Assembly (NCBI GenBank): GCA_027021705.1
Contig: JALUTT010000097.1
Span: forward strand, 1-34,971
Source of the DNA: Anaerolineae bacterium
GTDB taxonomy: Bacteria; Chloroflexota; Anaerolineae; S140-20
DNA length: 34,971 nucleotides
Reading direction: 5' to 3'
The translations under genes and the position numbers were made by a program. This document shows, one piece after another, positions 1 through 9,140 of this stretch. How positions within the stretch are numbered: the first letter of the stretch is position 1; every line of letters begins with the position of its first letter. The notes under the pieces are model-generated. The model was not told the DNA's origin and ran no database searches. It worked only from the letters and a program-made list of their open reading frames with translations.

Positions 1-2
1 AA

Positions 3-974
3 CTGCTCCCACCCCAGATCACCCTGGTCCACGGCCCCGGCTGTCCGGTCTGCGTCACGCCCCTGGAACTGATTGACAAGGCCATCGCCATCGCCTCGCG
101 CCCAGAGGTGATCTTCTGCTCCTACGGTGACATGCTGCGGGTGCCCGGCTCCGAGAAGGACCTCTTCCGGGTCAAGGCCGAGGGAGGCGACGTGCGGGTG
201 GTCTACTCGCCGCTGGACGCGGTGAAGATCGCCCAACAGAACCCCGACCGGATGGTCGTCTTCTTCGCCATCGGCTTTGAGACGACGGCCCCTCCCAACG
301 CCATGGCCGTCTACCAGGCAAAACAGATGGGGTTGGAGAACTTCGCCGTGCTGGTCTCCCACGTCACCGTTCCGCCCGCCATCGTCGCCATCCTGGAATC
401 GCCCTACAACCAGGTCCAGGGCTTCCTGGCCGCCGGCCATGTCTGCACGGTGATGGGCTACTGGGAGTACGAACCGCTGGCCGAGCGCTACCACGTTCCC
501 ATCGTCGTCACCGGCTTCGAGCCCCTGGACATCGCCCAAGGCGTCCTGAAGGTGATCCGCCAGCTGGAGGAGGGGCGGGCGGAGGTGGAGAACGCCTATG
601 CCCGGTCGGTGCGCCGAGAGGGGAACCAAGCCGCCCAACGGATCATCCGGGAGGTCTTCGAGCCCTGCGACCGGAACTGGCGGGGGATCGGCCTCATCCC
701 CAAGAGCGGCTACCGGCTGCGGGAGCCCTACGCCTTCTACGATGCCGAGCGTCGCTTCGCCGACCTCCACGAGATCGTGACCCAGGAGTCGCCCCTCTGC
801 ATCGCCGGCGAGGTGCTGCAGGGCCACAAGAAGCCCCCCGACTGCCCGGCCTTCGGCACGACCTGCACACCTCGCACGCCCTTGGGTGCTCCGATGGTCT
901 CGGCAGAGGGGGCCTGCGCGGCCTACTACCGCTATGGCCGCCATCATCCGCCAAGCTCGCAAAATCCCTCTTGA
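3..974 (+). CDS. hypD: Hydrogenase maturation protein HypD (5'-truncated by window edge)
   Basis: The frame is open from base 3 ([20 protein letters not shown]). HypD motifs GPGCPVC, GFETT, GHV and C-terminal [18 protein letters not shown] are present. Confidence 0.95.
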   Translation: MLPPQITLVHGPGCPVCVTPLELIDKAIAIASRPEVIFCSYGDMLRVPGSEKDLFRVKAEGGDVRVVYSPLDAVKIAQQNPDRMVVFFAIGFETTAPPNAMAVYQAKQMGLENFAVLVSHVTVPPAIVAILESPYNQVQGFLAAGHVCTVMGYWEYEPLAERYHVPIVVTGFEPLDIAQGVLKVIRQLEEGRAEVENAYARSVRREGNQAAQRIIREVFEPCDRNWRGIGLIPKSGYRLREPYAFYDAERRFADLHEIVTQESPLCIAGEVLQGHKKPPDCPAFGTTCTPRTPLGAPMVSAEGACAAYYRYGRHHPPSSQNPS

Positions 975-999
975 CAACCGCCCCAAATTCCGGTATAAT
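971..999 (+). promoter_or_regulatory. sigma70 promoter for the lacI-sugar operon
   Basis: Perfect TTGACA (971-976), 17 bp spacer, TATAAT (994-999). Confidence 0.9.
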
Positions 1000-1002
1000 G
1001 GG

Positions 1003-1016
1003 CTTAAACGTTTAAG
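1003..1016. promoter_or_regulatory. LacI-family operator O1
   Basis: Perfect palindrome CTTAAACGTTTAAG with a central CG, lying over the predicted transcription start. Confidence 0.8.
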
Positions 1017-1069
1017 TCCCGGCCATTGAGGGGACCCCTCCCCAGCCGGGTTTTCTTTGGACCGCCAGG

Positions 1070-1081
1070 TTAAACGTTTAA
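1070..1081. promoter_or_regulatory. LacI-family operator O2
   Basis: Second copy of TTAAACGTTTAA, 66 bp downstream of O1 and just before the lacI-family start codon. Confidence 0.8.
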
Positions 1082-1093
1082 GCCTTTCCTCCT

Positions 1094-2140
1094 ATGCCCA
1101 CCATCAAGGATGTCGCACGACGCGCCGGCGTCTCCGTCGCGACCGTCTCCTACGTCCTCAACAACACCGGCACCGTCAGCGAGGCGACCCGGCAGCGGGT
1201 TCTCAAAGCGGTCGAAGAGCTAGGCTACCGTCCCAGCGTCATCGCCCGAGGGCTCCAGGCCCGCGAGAGCCGGATGATCGGCTACTCCTGGCAGCCGATG
1301 CCGCCCGATCAGTTCAACCCCATCCTGGAGAAGTTCATCCATAGCATGGCCGAAGCCGCTGCCCGGCATGGCTACCACGTCCTTGCCTACCCCTGCCGCA
1401 CGCCGGCCAACGAGGTGGACGTCTACCGGGAGATGGTGGAGAGCGACCGGGTGGATGGCTTCATCCTCACCAACACCAACCTAGACGATCCCCGGGTCCG
1501 CTACCTGCTGGACGTGGGCTTCCCCTTCGTCGCCTTTGGCCGGTCCAACCCCGACTGGGACTTCCCCTGGGTGGATGTGGATGGGGCCGACGGCGTGCGC
1601 CAGGCGGTGAACCACCTGCTGGAGCTGGGTCACCGACGCATCGCCTGCCTGGCCTGGCCCAAGGACTCCCTCACCGGCCAGTACCGTCTTCAAGGCTATC
1701 GAGAGGCGATGGCTGATGCCGGCCTAGAGGTGGATCCTGCCTGGATCATCCGCACCGAGAACTACTACCGGCACGCCTATCGAGCCACCCAGCGCTGGCT
1801 GACCCTGCCGCCCGACCGACGGCCTACGGCGGTGATTGCCCTCACCGACCTGATGGCTATCGGCGTGATGAACGCCGCCGCCGACGCCGGCCTGCGGATC
1901 GGGCCGGACCTGGCCGTGGTCGGCTTCGACGACGCTCCCATCACCGGCTACCTGCGCCCTCCCCTCACCAGCCTGCGCCAGCCCATCGCCGAGGTCGGGG
2001 AGCGGGTTGTCACGATGCTCATTGACCTGGTCCAAGGCCAGCAGCCCGATCCAGCCCAGGTGCTGCTCAAACCTCGGCTCATCATCCGCGACTCAACGCG
2101 CCTGTCCGCCTGCACGCAATACGTAACACACAACACGTAA
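1094..2140 (+). CDS. LacI/GalR-family transcriptional regulator
   Basis: N-terminal HTH TIKDVARRAGVSVATVSYVLN, hinge ARGL, and sugar-binding domain with VVGFDD and LTSLRQP. Confidence 0.95.
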   Translation: MPTIKDVARRAGVSVATVSYVLNNTGTVSEATRQRVLKAVEELGYRPSVIARGLQARESRMIGYSWQPMPPDQFNPILEKFIHSMAEAAARHGYHVLAYPCRTPANEVDVYREMVESDRVDGFILTNTNLDDPRVRYLLDVGFPFVAFGRSNPDWDFPWVDVDGADGVRQAVNHLLELGHRRIACLAWPKDSLTGQYRLQGYREAMADAGLEVDPAWIIRTENYYRHAYRATQRWLTLPPDRRPTAVIALTDLMAIGVMNAAADAGLRIGPDLAVVGFDDAPITGYLRPPLTSLRQPIAEVGERVVTMLIDLVQGQQPDPAQVLLKPRLIIRDSTRLSACTQYVTHNT

Positions 2141-2147
2141 CACGTAT
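2113..2147 (+). repeat. Heptamer tandem repeat (CACGTAA-like x5)
   Basis: CACGCAA TACGTAA CACACAA CACGTAA CACGTAT, spanning the lacI stop codon and the GH65 start codon. Confidence 0.8.
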
Positions 2148-4980
2148 GGACGCAACGGGCTGGACCATCCGGGAAACCGAGTTCGACCCTGGCCGTCTGC
2201 ATCACAAGGAGACGGTCTTCACCTTGGGCAACGGCTACCTGGGCACCCGGGGAGCCTTCGAAGAAGGCTATCCTGGAGCTTGGCCCGCCACTTTCGTCCA
2301 CGGCCTCTACGACGATGTGCCCATTGTCTACACCGAGCTGGTCAACGCGCCCAACTGGCTGCCCTTGAGCCTCTTCGTGGGCGGGGAGCGCTTTCGCCTG
2401 GACCGGGGCCAGATTCTCCGCTACGAGCGCCGACTCGACCTGCGCCGGGGTCTGCTCCGGCGGGAGGTACGCTGGCGCAGCCCGGCGGGCCGAACCGTGG
2501 ACCTCACCTTCGAACGCTTCGTCAGCCTGGCCGATGAGCACGTCCTGGCCCTCCGCTGCCGAATCCGGCCTCTCGACTTCGAAGACCCTATCGAAGTCCA
2601 GGCGGGCCTCGACGGCTACGCCCACAACCAGGGCATGATGCACTGGGAGTGGCTGGACCAGGGGGAGGACGAAGGGAGCGTCTGGCTGCACACCCGCACC
2701 CGCCATTCCGCCATCGAGTTGGGGATGGCCAGCCGGATGCGCGTGGAGGGAGCCGACCATCCCCCCCTCCAGGTCCAGCGGTGCCACAACCGCCCCACCC
2801 TGACGACGAGCTTCCAGGCCCAGCCGGGCAGGACCATCACCGTGGAGAAGCTGGTGACCCTCTTCACGTCGCGGGAGACCGAGGCACCGGTCCGGGCGGC
2901 CCGGGAGAAACTGGCCGGACTGCCCGGCTACCGGCCCCTGCGGGAGGCCCACGAGGGGGCCTGGGCCCAGGTCTGGCAGGCCAGCGATGTGATCATCGAA
3001 GGGGACCTGACGGCGCAGCAGGCCGTCCGCTACAACCTCTTTCAAATCCTGGCCGCTGCCTCCCGCCACGACGACCGGGTCAGCATCCCGGCCAAGACCC
3101 TCTCGGGCTTCGGCTACCGGGGCCACGTCTTCTGGGACACCGACATCTTCATCGTCCCCTTCCTCACCTTCACCCAACCGGCCCTGGCCCGCAACCTGCT
3201 GACCTATCGCTACCACACCCTGCCCGGAGCGCGGCGCAAAGCTCGGTCCGCCGGCTACGAGGGCGCGATGGTCGCCTGGGAGAGTGCCGACAGTGGCGAT
3301 GAGGTCACCCCCCGCTGGGTCCCCGACCGGGAGGGTCACCTGATACGGATCTGGTGCGGCGACATCGAGCTCCACATCACCGCCGACGTGGCCTACGCGG
3401 CCTGGCACTACTGGCGGGCCACCGGCGACGACGCCTGGATGCGGGACTACGGCGCAGAGGTCATCCTGGACACCGCCGTCTTCTGGGGCAGCCGCGCCGA
3501 ATGGAACGCCCAGCGGGGCTGCTACGAGATCTGCGATGTCATCGGCCCCGACGAGTACCACGAACACGTGGACAACAACGCCTTTACCAACCGGATGGTC
3601 CAGTGGCACCTGGAGACGGCGCTGGAGGTGCTGGCCTGGCTGCGCCGGGAGCATCCCGACCGGGCCGCCGAGCTGGAGCGGCGGCTGGACCTCACCCCCG
3701 ACCGGCTGCAGCGGTGGGCCGACGTCATCGGCTGCATGCTGGTGCCCCAGGACCCCGAGAGCGGCCTGATCGAGCAGTTCGAGGGCTTCTTTGATCTGGA
3801 AGACGTGGACCTGACCGCTTACGAACCCCGCACCCGGTCTATGCAGGCCATCCTGGGAAATGAGGGCATCAACCGGGTCCAGGTGCTCAAACAGCCCGAC
3901 GTGCTGATGCTCCTCTACCTGCTGCGGGACCACTACGATCGGGAGACGCTCCAGGTCAACTGGGACTACTACGTGCCGCGCACCGACCACGCCTACGGCT
4001 CCTCCCTGGGGCCGGCCATCCACGCCATCCTGGCCTGTGTCTTGGGGAAGCCCGAGGAGGCCTACGAGCACTTTATGCGGGCGGCGCTGGTGGACCTGGA
4101 GGACCTGCGGGGGAACGCGGCCGACGGGGTCCACGCCGCCTCGGCCGGCGGGGTCTGGCAGGCCCTCGTCTTCGGCTTCGGGGGCATCCGCCTAACCGAC
4201 GAGGGGCCGGTGGCGAACCCCTGCCTGCCACCCGGCTGGACCCGCCTCCGCTTCCGCCTCCAGCACCGGGGCCGCTGGTACGACTTCGACCTCACCCGCC
4301 TTCCAGAGATCCGTGGCGTCATCTTCGACCTGGACGGCGTGCTGACCGACACCTCGGAGCTCCACTACCGGGCTTGGAAGCGGCTGGCCGATGAGGAGGG
4401 CATCCCCTTCGACCGGGAGGCCAACGAGGCGCTGCGGGGCGTCTCCCGTCGGGAGTCCCTGATGCGTCTGCTGGCCGGCCGGCCCGCCACCGAGGAGCAG
4501 GTCCAAGAGATGATGGCCCGCAAAAACCGTTACTACCAGACGCTCCTCCAGGGCGTGACGCCGGCCAACTTGCTGCCGGGAGCCCTGGAACTGCTGGAGG
4601 AACTGCGGGCGGCGGGCATCAAGGTCGCCATCGGCTCGGCCAGCAAGAACGCCCGGCGGGTCATCGAGCAGTTGGGCATCGCCGACCGGGTGGACGTCAT
4701 CGCCGACGGCCACAGCGTGACCCGGCCCAAGCCGGCACCCGACCTCTTCCTCTACGCAGCGGAGCAGATGGGGCTGCCCCCGGAGCAGTGCTTGGTGGTC
4801 GAGGATGCCGCCTCGGGCATCGAGGCCGCCCTGGCGGCGGGGATGTGGACCGTGGGGCTGGGGCCGGAGGAGCGGGTGGGTGCCGCTCACGTCGTGCTCC
4901 CCAGCCTGGAAGGGGTGCGCTGGTCCGATCTGCTGGCCCGGCTCACCCAGGCCATCAACCGTAGGACCGGAGGAGAATAG
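2146..4980 (+). CDS. GH65 glycoside phosphorylase (kojibiose/maltose/trehalose phosphorylase-like) fused to C-terminal beta-phosphoglucomutase (HAD)
   Basis: GH65 motifs ETVFTLGNGYLGTRG, GHVFWDTD, GPDEYHE, KQPD and GSSL; then HAD motifs FDLDGVLTDT, KPAPD and VEDA. Confidence 0.92.
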   Translation: MDATGWTIRETEFDPGRLHHKETVFTLGNGYLGTRGAFEEGYPGAWPATFVHGLYDDVPIVYTELVNAPNWLPLSLFVGGERFRLDRGQILRYERRLDLRRGLLRREVRWRSPAGRTVDLTFERFVSLADEHVLALRCRIRPLDFEDPIEVQAGLDGYAHNQGMMHWEWLDQGEDEGSVWLHTRTRHSAIELGMASRMRVEGADHPPLQVQRCHNRPTLTTSFQAQPGRTITVEKLVTLFTSRETEAPVRAAREKLAGLPGYRPLREAHEGAWAQVWQASDVIIEGDLTAQQAVRYNLFQILAAASRHDDRVSIPAKTLSGFGYRGHVFWDTDIFIVPFLTFTQPALARNLLTYRYHTLPGARRKARSAGYEGAMVAWESADSGDEVTPRWVPDREGHLIRIWCGDIELHITADVAYAAWHYWRATGDDAWMRDYGAEVILDTAVFWGSRAEWNAQRGCYEICDVIGPDEYHEHVDNNAFTNRMVQWHLETALEVLAWLRREHPDRAAELERRLDLTPDRLQRWADVIGCMLVPQDPESGLIEQFEGFFDLEDVDLTAYEPRTRSMQAILGNEGINRVQVLKQPDVLMLLYLLRDHYDRETLQVNWDYYVPRTDHAYGSSLGPAIHAILACVLGKPEEAYEHFMRAALVDLEDLRGNAADGVHAASAGGVWQALVFGFGGIRLTDEGPVANPCLPPGWTRLRFRLQHRGRWYDFDLTRLPEIRGVIFDLDGVLTDTSELHYRAWKRLADEEGIPFDREANEALRGVSRRESLMRLLAGRPATEEQVQEMMARKNRYYQTLLQGVTPANLLPGALELLEELRAAGIKVAIGSASKNARRVIEQLGIADRVDVIADGHSVTRPKPAPDLFLYAAEQMGLPPEQCLVVEDAASGIEAALAAGMWTVGLGPEERVGAAHVVLPSLEGVRWSDLLARLTQAINRRTGGE

Positions 4981-4983
4981 ACG

Positions 4984-5036
4984 CAGGGGGAGCCGTTTGC
5001 TCATCCCATCCCTGCTGACCGCAAACGGCTCCCCTG
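4984..5036. other. Intergenic stem-loop after GH65-PGM (possible terminator or processing site)
   Basis: GGGGAGCCGTTTGC...GCAAACGGCTCCCC inverted repeat with no U-tract. Confidence 0.55.
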
Positions 5037-5235
5037 GCCCCCAGGCCCTTCCGGCCGGGACGGGGTAATTGTATCACATCCCGTTGCCGGTGACAACGGT
5101 GCTCTCCTGACCGGAGGGTCTGGGGCAAGGTATGAAAGGAGGTGAGTGCCCATTTCCTTGCGTTCATCGGTCCGAGAGACGACAAGCTGCCTGAGGGATT
5201 ACCCCAGAGCCTAGCCTGTCAGGAGGGAAAAGGAG

Positions 5236-7791
5236 ATGAACAAGCGACTCTACCTGCTCACCCTGCTGTTGGTCATGGTCTTGCTGCTGGCGGCCTGTGG
5301 CGGGAAGGCGACTCCGGCGCCGACCAGCCCGCCCGAAGCCAAGCCGACCGAGGTGAAGCCCACCGAGGCCAAGCCCACCGAGGCCCCGAAGCCCCCTGCC
5401 GAAGAAGGCAAGTGCCCCTTGGACGTGGAGGAAGGGGCTGTGATCACCTTCTCCGGCTGGGGGGACGAGACGGAGCAGAAGATCTACCGAGACTCCATCG
5501 AGCGCTTCAAGAAGGTCTGCCCGGAGGTGACGGTCAACTACGAGCCCATCCCGGCCGAGTTCCAGACCAAGCTGAAGGCGCAGATGGCCGGTGGCACCGC
5601 TCCTGACGTCTTCTACGTGGACGACCAGTTGATGACCGCCTTCGCGCCGGCGGGGCAGTTGCTCCCCTTGGACGACTTCATGGCCGAGGCGGGCGTCAGC
5701 CGGGACGACTTCATCCCCAGCCTGCTGACCATCTTCACCTACGAAGGGAAGACCTACGGCCTGCCCAAGGACTGGGGCACACTGGGGCTGGTCTACCTCC
5801 CCAAGGTCTTCCAGGAGGCGGGGATTGACGAGCCCACCGAGGACTGGACCTGGGAGGACCTGCGGGCGGCGGCCAAGGCCATCGCCGAGAAGACCAACTA
5901 CGGCGGCTTCTGCCAGAACGCCGACTGGGCTCGCTTCGCCCCCTGGGTCTTCTCCAACGGCGGGGCCTACGCCACCGACGACTACAAGAATGCCACCCTC
6001 GACACCCCTGAGGTCAAGGAGATGGCTCAGTTCATCCTCGATATGTACGACGAGGGGAGCCTGGTCCAGGCCAGCGATGTGGGCGCCAGCTGGTGCGGGG
6101 AAGCCATCGGCAAGGAACTGGTGGGGATGACCCTCGAAGGGGGCTGGATGGTCAACTTCATGCGCCAGAACTACCCCGACGTCGAGTGGAAGGCCGTCCT
6201 CATCCCCAAGGGCCCCAAGACCCGCGCCGACGTCATCTTCACCAACGCCATCGGCGTCAACGCTTCCACCAAGTTCCCCCGCGCCGCCGCCGCCTTCACC
6301 ATCTTCCTGACCAGCCGGGAGAACCAGGCCGAGATCGTCAAGACCGGCTTCGCCTACAGCACCCACCCCGACCAGATTGACCTGGTTGTGGACCCCAACG
6401 ACAAGGCCATCGCCCAAGGTGGTCTCCTCCCCGACAGCCGCGTCGCCTACTGGGGCCCCAACACCGGCAAGGTCAACGACATCGTCACCAAGGCCCTGGA
6501 GCGCATCTACCTCCACGACCAGACCGTGGACGAATCCTTCGCCCAGGCCCAGGAAGAGGCTGCCCAGTACCTGACCGGAGGCGGTGAGGCGATGGGGCCG
6601 GTGGTGGAGAAGCCCAAGGGCTGTCCTCTGGACGTGGAGGAGGGCGCAACGATCACCTTCTCCGGCTGGGGGGACGAGACGGAGCAGAAGATCTACCGAG
6701 ACTCCATCGAGCGCTTCAAGAAGGTCTGCCCGGAGGTGACGGTCAACTACGAGCCCATCCCGGCCGAGTTCCAGACCAAGCTGAAGGCGCAGATGGCCGG
6801 TGGCACCGCTCCTGACGTCTTCTACGTGGACGACCAGTTGATGACCGCCTTCGCGCCGGCGGGGCAGTTGCTCCCCTTGGACGACTTCATGGCCGAGGCG
6901 GGCGTCAGCCGGGACGACTTCATCCCCAGCCTGCTGACCATCTTCACCTACGAAGGGAAGACCTACGGCCTGCCCAAGGACTGGGGCACACTGGGGCTGG
7001 TCTACCTCCCCAAGGTCTTCCAGGAGGCGGGGATTGACGAGCCCACCGAGGACTGGACCTGGGAGGACCTGCGGGCGGCGGCCAAGGCCATCGCCGAGAA
7101 GACCAACTACGGCGGCTTCTGCCAGAACGCCGACTGGGCTCGCTTCGCCCCCTGGGTCTTCTCCAACGGCGGGGCCTACGCCACCGACGACTACAAGAAT
7201 GCCACCCTCGACACCCCTGAGGTCAAGGAGATGGCTCAGTTCATCCTCGATATGTACGACGAGGGGAGCCTGGTCCAGGCCAGCGATGTGGGCGCCAGCT
7301 GGTGCGGGGAAGCCATCGGCAAGGAACTGGTGGGGATGACCCTCGAAGGGGGCTGGATGGTCAACTTCATGCGCCAGAACTACCCCGACGTCGAGTGGAA
7401 GGCCGTCCTCATCCCCAAGGGCCCCAAGACCCGCGCCGACGTCATCTTCACCAACGCCATCGGCGTCAACGCTTCCACCAAGTTCCCCCGCGCCGCCGCC
7501 GCCTTCACCATCTTCCTGACCAGCCGGGAGAACCAGGCCGAGATCGTCAAGACCGGCTTCGCCTACAGCACCCACCCCGACCAGATTGACCTGGTTGTGG
7601 ACCCCAACGACAAGGCCATCGCCCAAGGTGGTCTCCTCCCCGACAGCCGCGTCGCCTACTGGGGCCCCAACACCGGCAAGGTCAACGACATCGTCACCAA
7701 GGCCCTGGAGCGCATCTACCTCCACGACCAGACCGTGGACGAATCCTTCGCCCAGGCCCAAGAGGAAGCTCAGGCTGTGCTGAGCGAGTGA
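5236..7791 (+). CDS. Carbohydrate ABC transporter substrate-binding lipoprotein with two tandem SBP domains
   Basis: SD AAGGAG; lipobox LLLAAC; PTEAK linker repeats; family-1 SBP motifs (GTAPDVF, GKTYGLP, WTWEDL) present twice. Confidence 0.93.
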   Translation: MNKRLYLLTLLLVMVLLLAACGGKATPAPTSPPEAKPTEVKPTEAKPTEAPKPPAEEGKCPLDVEEGAVITFSGWGDETEQKIYRDSIERFKKVCPEVTVNYEPIPAEFQTKLKAQMAGGTAPDVFYVDDQLMTAFAPAGQLLPLDDFMAEAGVSRDDFIPSLLTIFTYEGKTYGLPKDWGTLGLVYLPKVFQEAGIDEPTEDWTWEDLRAAAKAIAEKTNYGGFCQNADWARFAPWVFSNGGAYATDDYKNATLDTPEVKEMAQFILDMYDEGSLVQASDVGASWCGEAIGKELVGMTLEGGWMVNFMRQNYPDVEWKAVLIPKGPKTRADVIFTNAIGVNASTKFPRAAAAFTIFLTSRENQAEIVKTGFAYSTHPDQIDLVVDPNDKAIAQGGLLPDSRVAYWGPNTGKVNDIVTKALERIYLHDQTVDESFAQAQEEAAQYLTGGGEAMGPVVEKPKGCPLDVEEGATITFSGWGDETEQKIYRDSIERFKKVCPEVTVNYEPIPAEFQTKLKAQMAGGTAPDVFYVDDQLMTAFAPAGQLLPLDDFMAEAGVSRDDFIPSLLTIFTYEGKTYGLPKDWGTLGLVYLPKVFQEAGIDEPTEDWTWEDLRAAAKAIAEKTNYGGFCQNADWARFAPWVFSNGGAYATDDYKNATLDTPEVKEMAQFILDMYDEGSLVQASDVGASWCGEAIGKELVGMTLEGGWMVNFMRQNYPDVEWKAVLIPKGPKTRADVIFTNAIGVNASTKFPRAAAAFTIFLTSRENQAEIVKTGFAYSTHPDQIDLVVDPNDKAIAQGGLLPDSRVAYWGPNTGKVNDIVTKALERIYLHDQTVDESFAQAQEEAQAVLSE
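5442..7760 (+). repeat. Intragenic direct repeat, 1110 bp x2 (5442-6551 and 6651-7760; period 1209 bp)
   Basis: Both copies translate identically in the main frame, in alternative frames and on the minus strand. No nucleotide difference was seen. Confidence 0.93.
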
Positions 7792-7803
7792 GCGGTTCAC
7801 GAC

Positions 7804-7836
7804 GCTGGGGGCGCTCCGCTGAAGAGCGCCCCCAGC
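7804..7836 (+). other. GC-rich stem-loop after the SBP gene (likely mRNA stabiliser or partial terminator)
   Basis: 13 bp perfect stem GCTGGGGGCGCTC/GAGCGCCCCCAGC with no U-tract, between the SBP and permease genes. Confidence 0.65.
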
Positions 7837-7862
7837 CTGTACCCCTGTGAGGGAGCCAGGCT

Positions 7863-9101
7863 ATGCAAGCACAAAAGCGAATGGTCTCGGATAGGACCAA
7901 CGCCAACCTGGCCGCCGTCGCCACCTTCGTGCTGGTCTTCATCGTGCTGATGATCCCCATCCTGATGAACGCGCCGACCCGGGGCGGCCCCCAGGTGATG
8001 GCCTCACTCAGCACCTACCTGGCCGAAGTGCGGAAGACGGCGATGCCTTTCGTGGGGGCCGTGTCCATTGGGGCAGCCCTCCTGGCGGGAGTCGCCGCCC
8101 TTGTCGTGCGGCGGGAGTGGCGGGATGCCCGCCGACGTCGGGCGTTGATCGCCGGCTACGCCTTCCTCGCCCCCTACCTGATCGTCACCCTCGTCTTCAC
8201 CGTGGGCGTCATCCTCTTTGCCCTCTACATCGCCTTCAACAAGTACGACATCTTCACGCCGCCCCAGTGGGTGGGATTGAGCCACTTCATCAAAGCCTTC
8301 AAGCAGAAGGACTTCCTCCAAGCCCTTCACAACGTGCTCTGGTACGCCCTCATCGTCACCCCCACCCAGACCGCCCTCGCCATCGCCCTGGCGGTGCTCC
8401 TGAACAGCCCGATGCGCTTCCGGCGCTTCTTCCGCACCATCTTCTACGCCCCTAGCGTCACCTCCTCGGTCGTCATCACCCTCATCTTCGTCTGGCTCTA
8501 CCTCAAGACCGGCTACATCAACCTGCTCTTCAGCAAGACGCTGGGGCTGGTGGGAATTGACTGGAAGGCGATAGACTGGCTGCGGGACCCGCGCGGCCTG
8601 ATCCAGATCATCGTCGCCCCCTTCGGCATCAACATCCCCTCCAAGCAGTGGTACCTGCGCGGGCCGAGCATCGCCTGGATGGCCATCATGTTCCAGAACA
8701 TCTTCACCACCGCGCCCACCTTTATGGTGATGTTCCTGGCCGCCCTCCAGGACATTCCGCCAGCCCTCTACGAAGCGGCCAGCATTGACGGGGCGACGGC
8801 CTGGCAGCAGTTCTGGAAGATCACCCTCCCGATGCTACGCCCCATCATCCTGTTGGTCATCGTGCTGGGCACCATCGGGACCCTCCAGATCTTCGACCAG
8901 GTCTACCTGGCCACCGCCGGCGGGCCCCTGGGCACCACCAATACGCCCGTCTTCCTGATCTACAACGAGGCCCTGGGCAAGCAAGGTCCCATCCAGATGG
9001 GCTACGCCGCTGCGCTGGCCTTCATCCTGGCGGTGCTCATCTTCGTCTTCACCTTCCTCCAGCGCCGGTTCATCGAGCGCGGCACAGAACTTTACTACTG
9101 A
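7863..9101 (+). CDS. Carbohydrate ABC transporter permease (MalF-like)
   Basis: Multiple TM helices; EAA loop LYEAASIDGATAWQQFWKITLPML. Confidence 0.93.
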   Translation: MQAQKRMVSDRTNANLAAVATFVLVFIVLMIPILMNAPTRGGPQVMASLSTYLAEVRKTAMPFVGAVSIGAALLAGVAALVVRREWRDARRRRALIAGYAFLAPYLIVTLVFTVGVILFALYIAFNKYDIFTPPQWVGLSHFIKAFKQKDFLQALHNVLWYALIVTPTQTALAIALAVLLNSPMRFRRFFRTIFYAPSVTSSVVITLIFVWLYLKTGYINLLFSKTLGLVGIDWKAIDWLRDPRGLIQIIVAPFGINIPSKQWYLRGPSIAWMAIMFQNIFTTAPTFMVMFLAALQDIPPALYEAASIDGATAWQQFWKITLPMLRPIILLVIVLGTIGTLQIFDQVYLATAGGPLGTTNTPVFLIYNEALGKQGPIQMGYAAALAFILAVLIFVFTFLQRRFIERGTELYY

Positions 9102-9140
9102 GCGGGTCGAGATTCAGGACCCAGGGTCGGAGGTTTGAAA

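Noticed and set aside
5340..5392. 15 bp repeats in the SBP gene as a contingency locus
   Set aside because: They encode an ordinary in-frame PTEAK lipoprotein linker with synonymous variation.
5442..7760. DGR template/variable repeat pair
   Set aside because: There are no adenine-specific mismatches, the repeat is far too long, and no reverse transcriptase is in the window.
5164..7800. 878 aa minus-strand ORF, and similar long antisense ORFs at 1948-4134, 11356-13197, 16079-17845 and 24868-27399
   Set aside because: Shadow ORFs of well-supported plus-strand genes, produced by high-GC codon bias; they contain no recognisable motifs.
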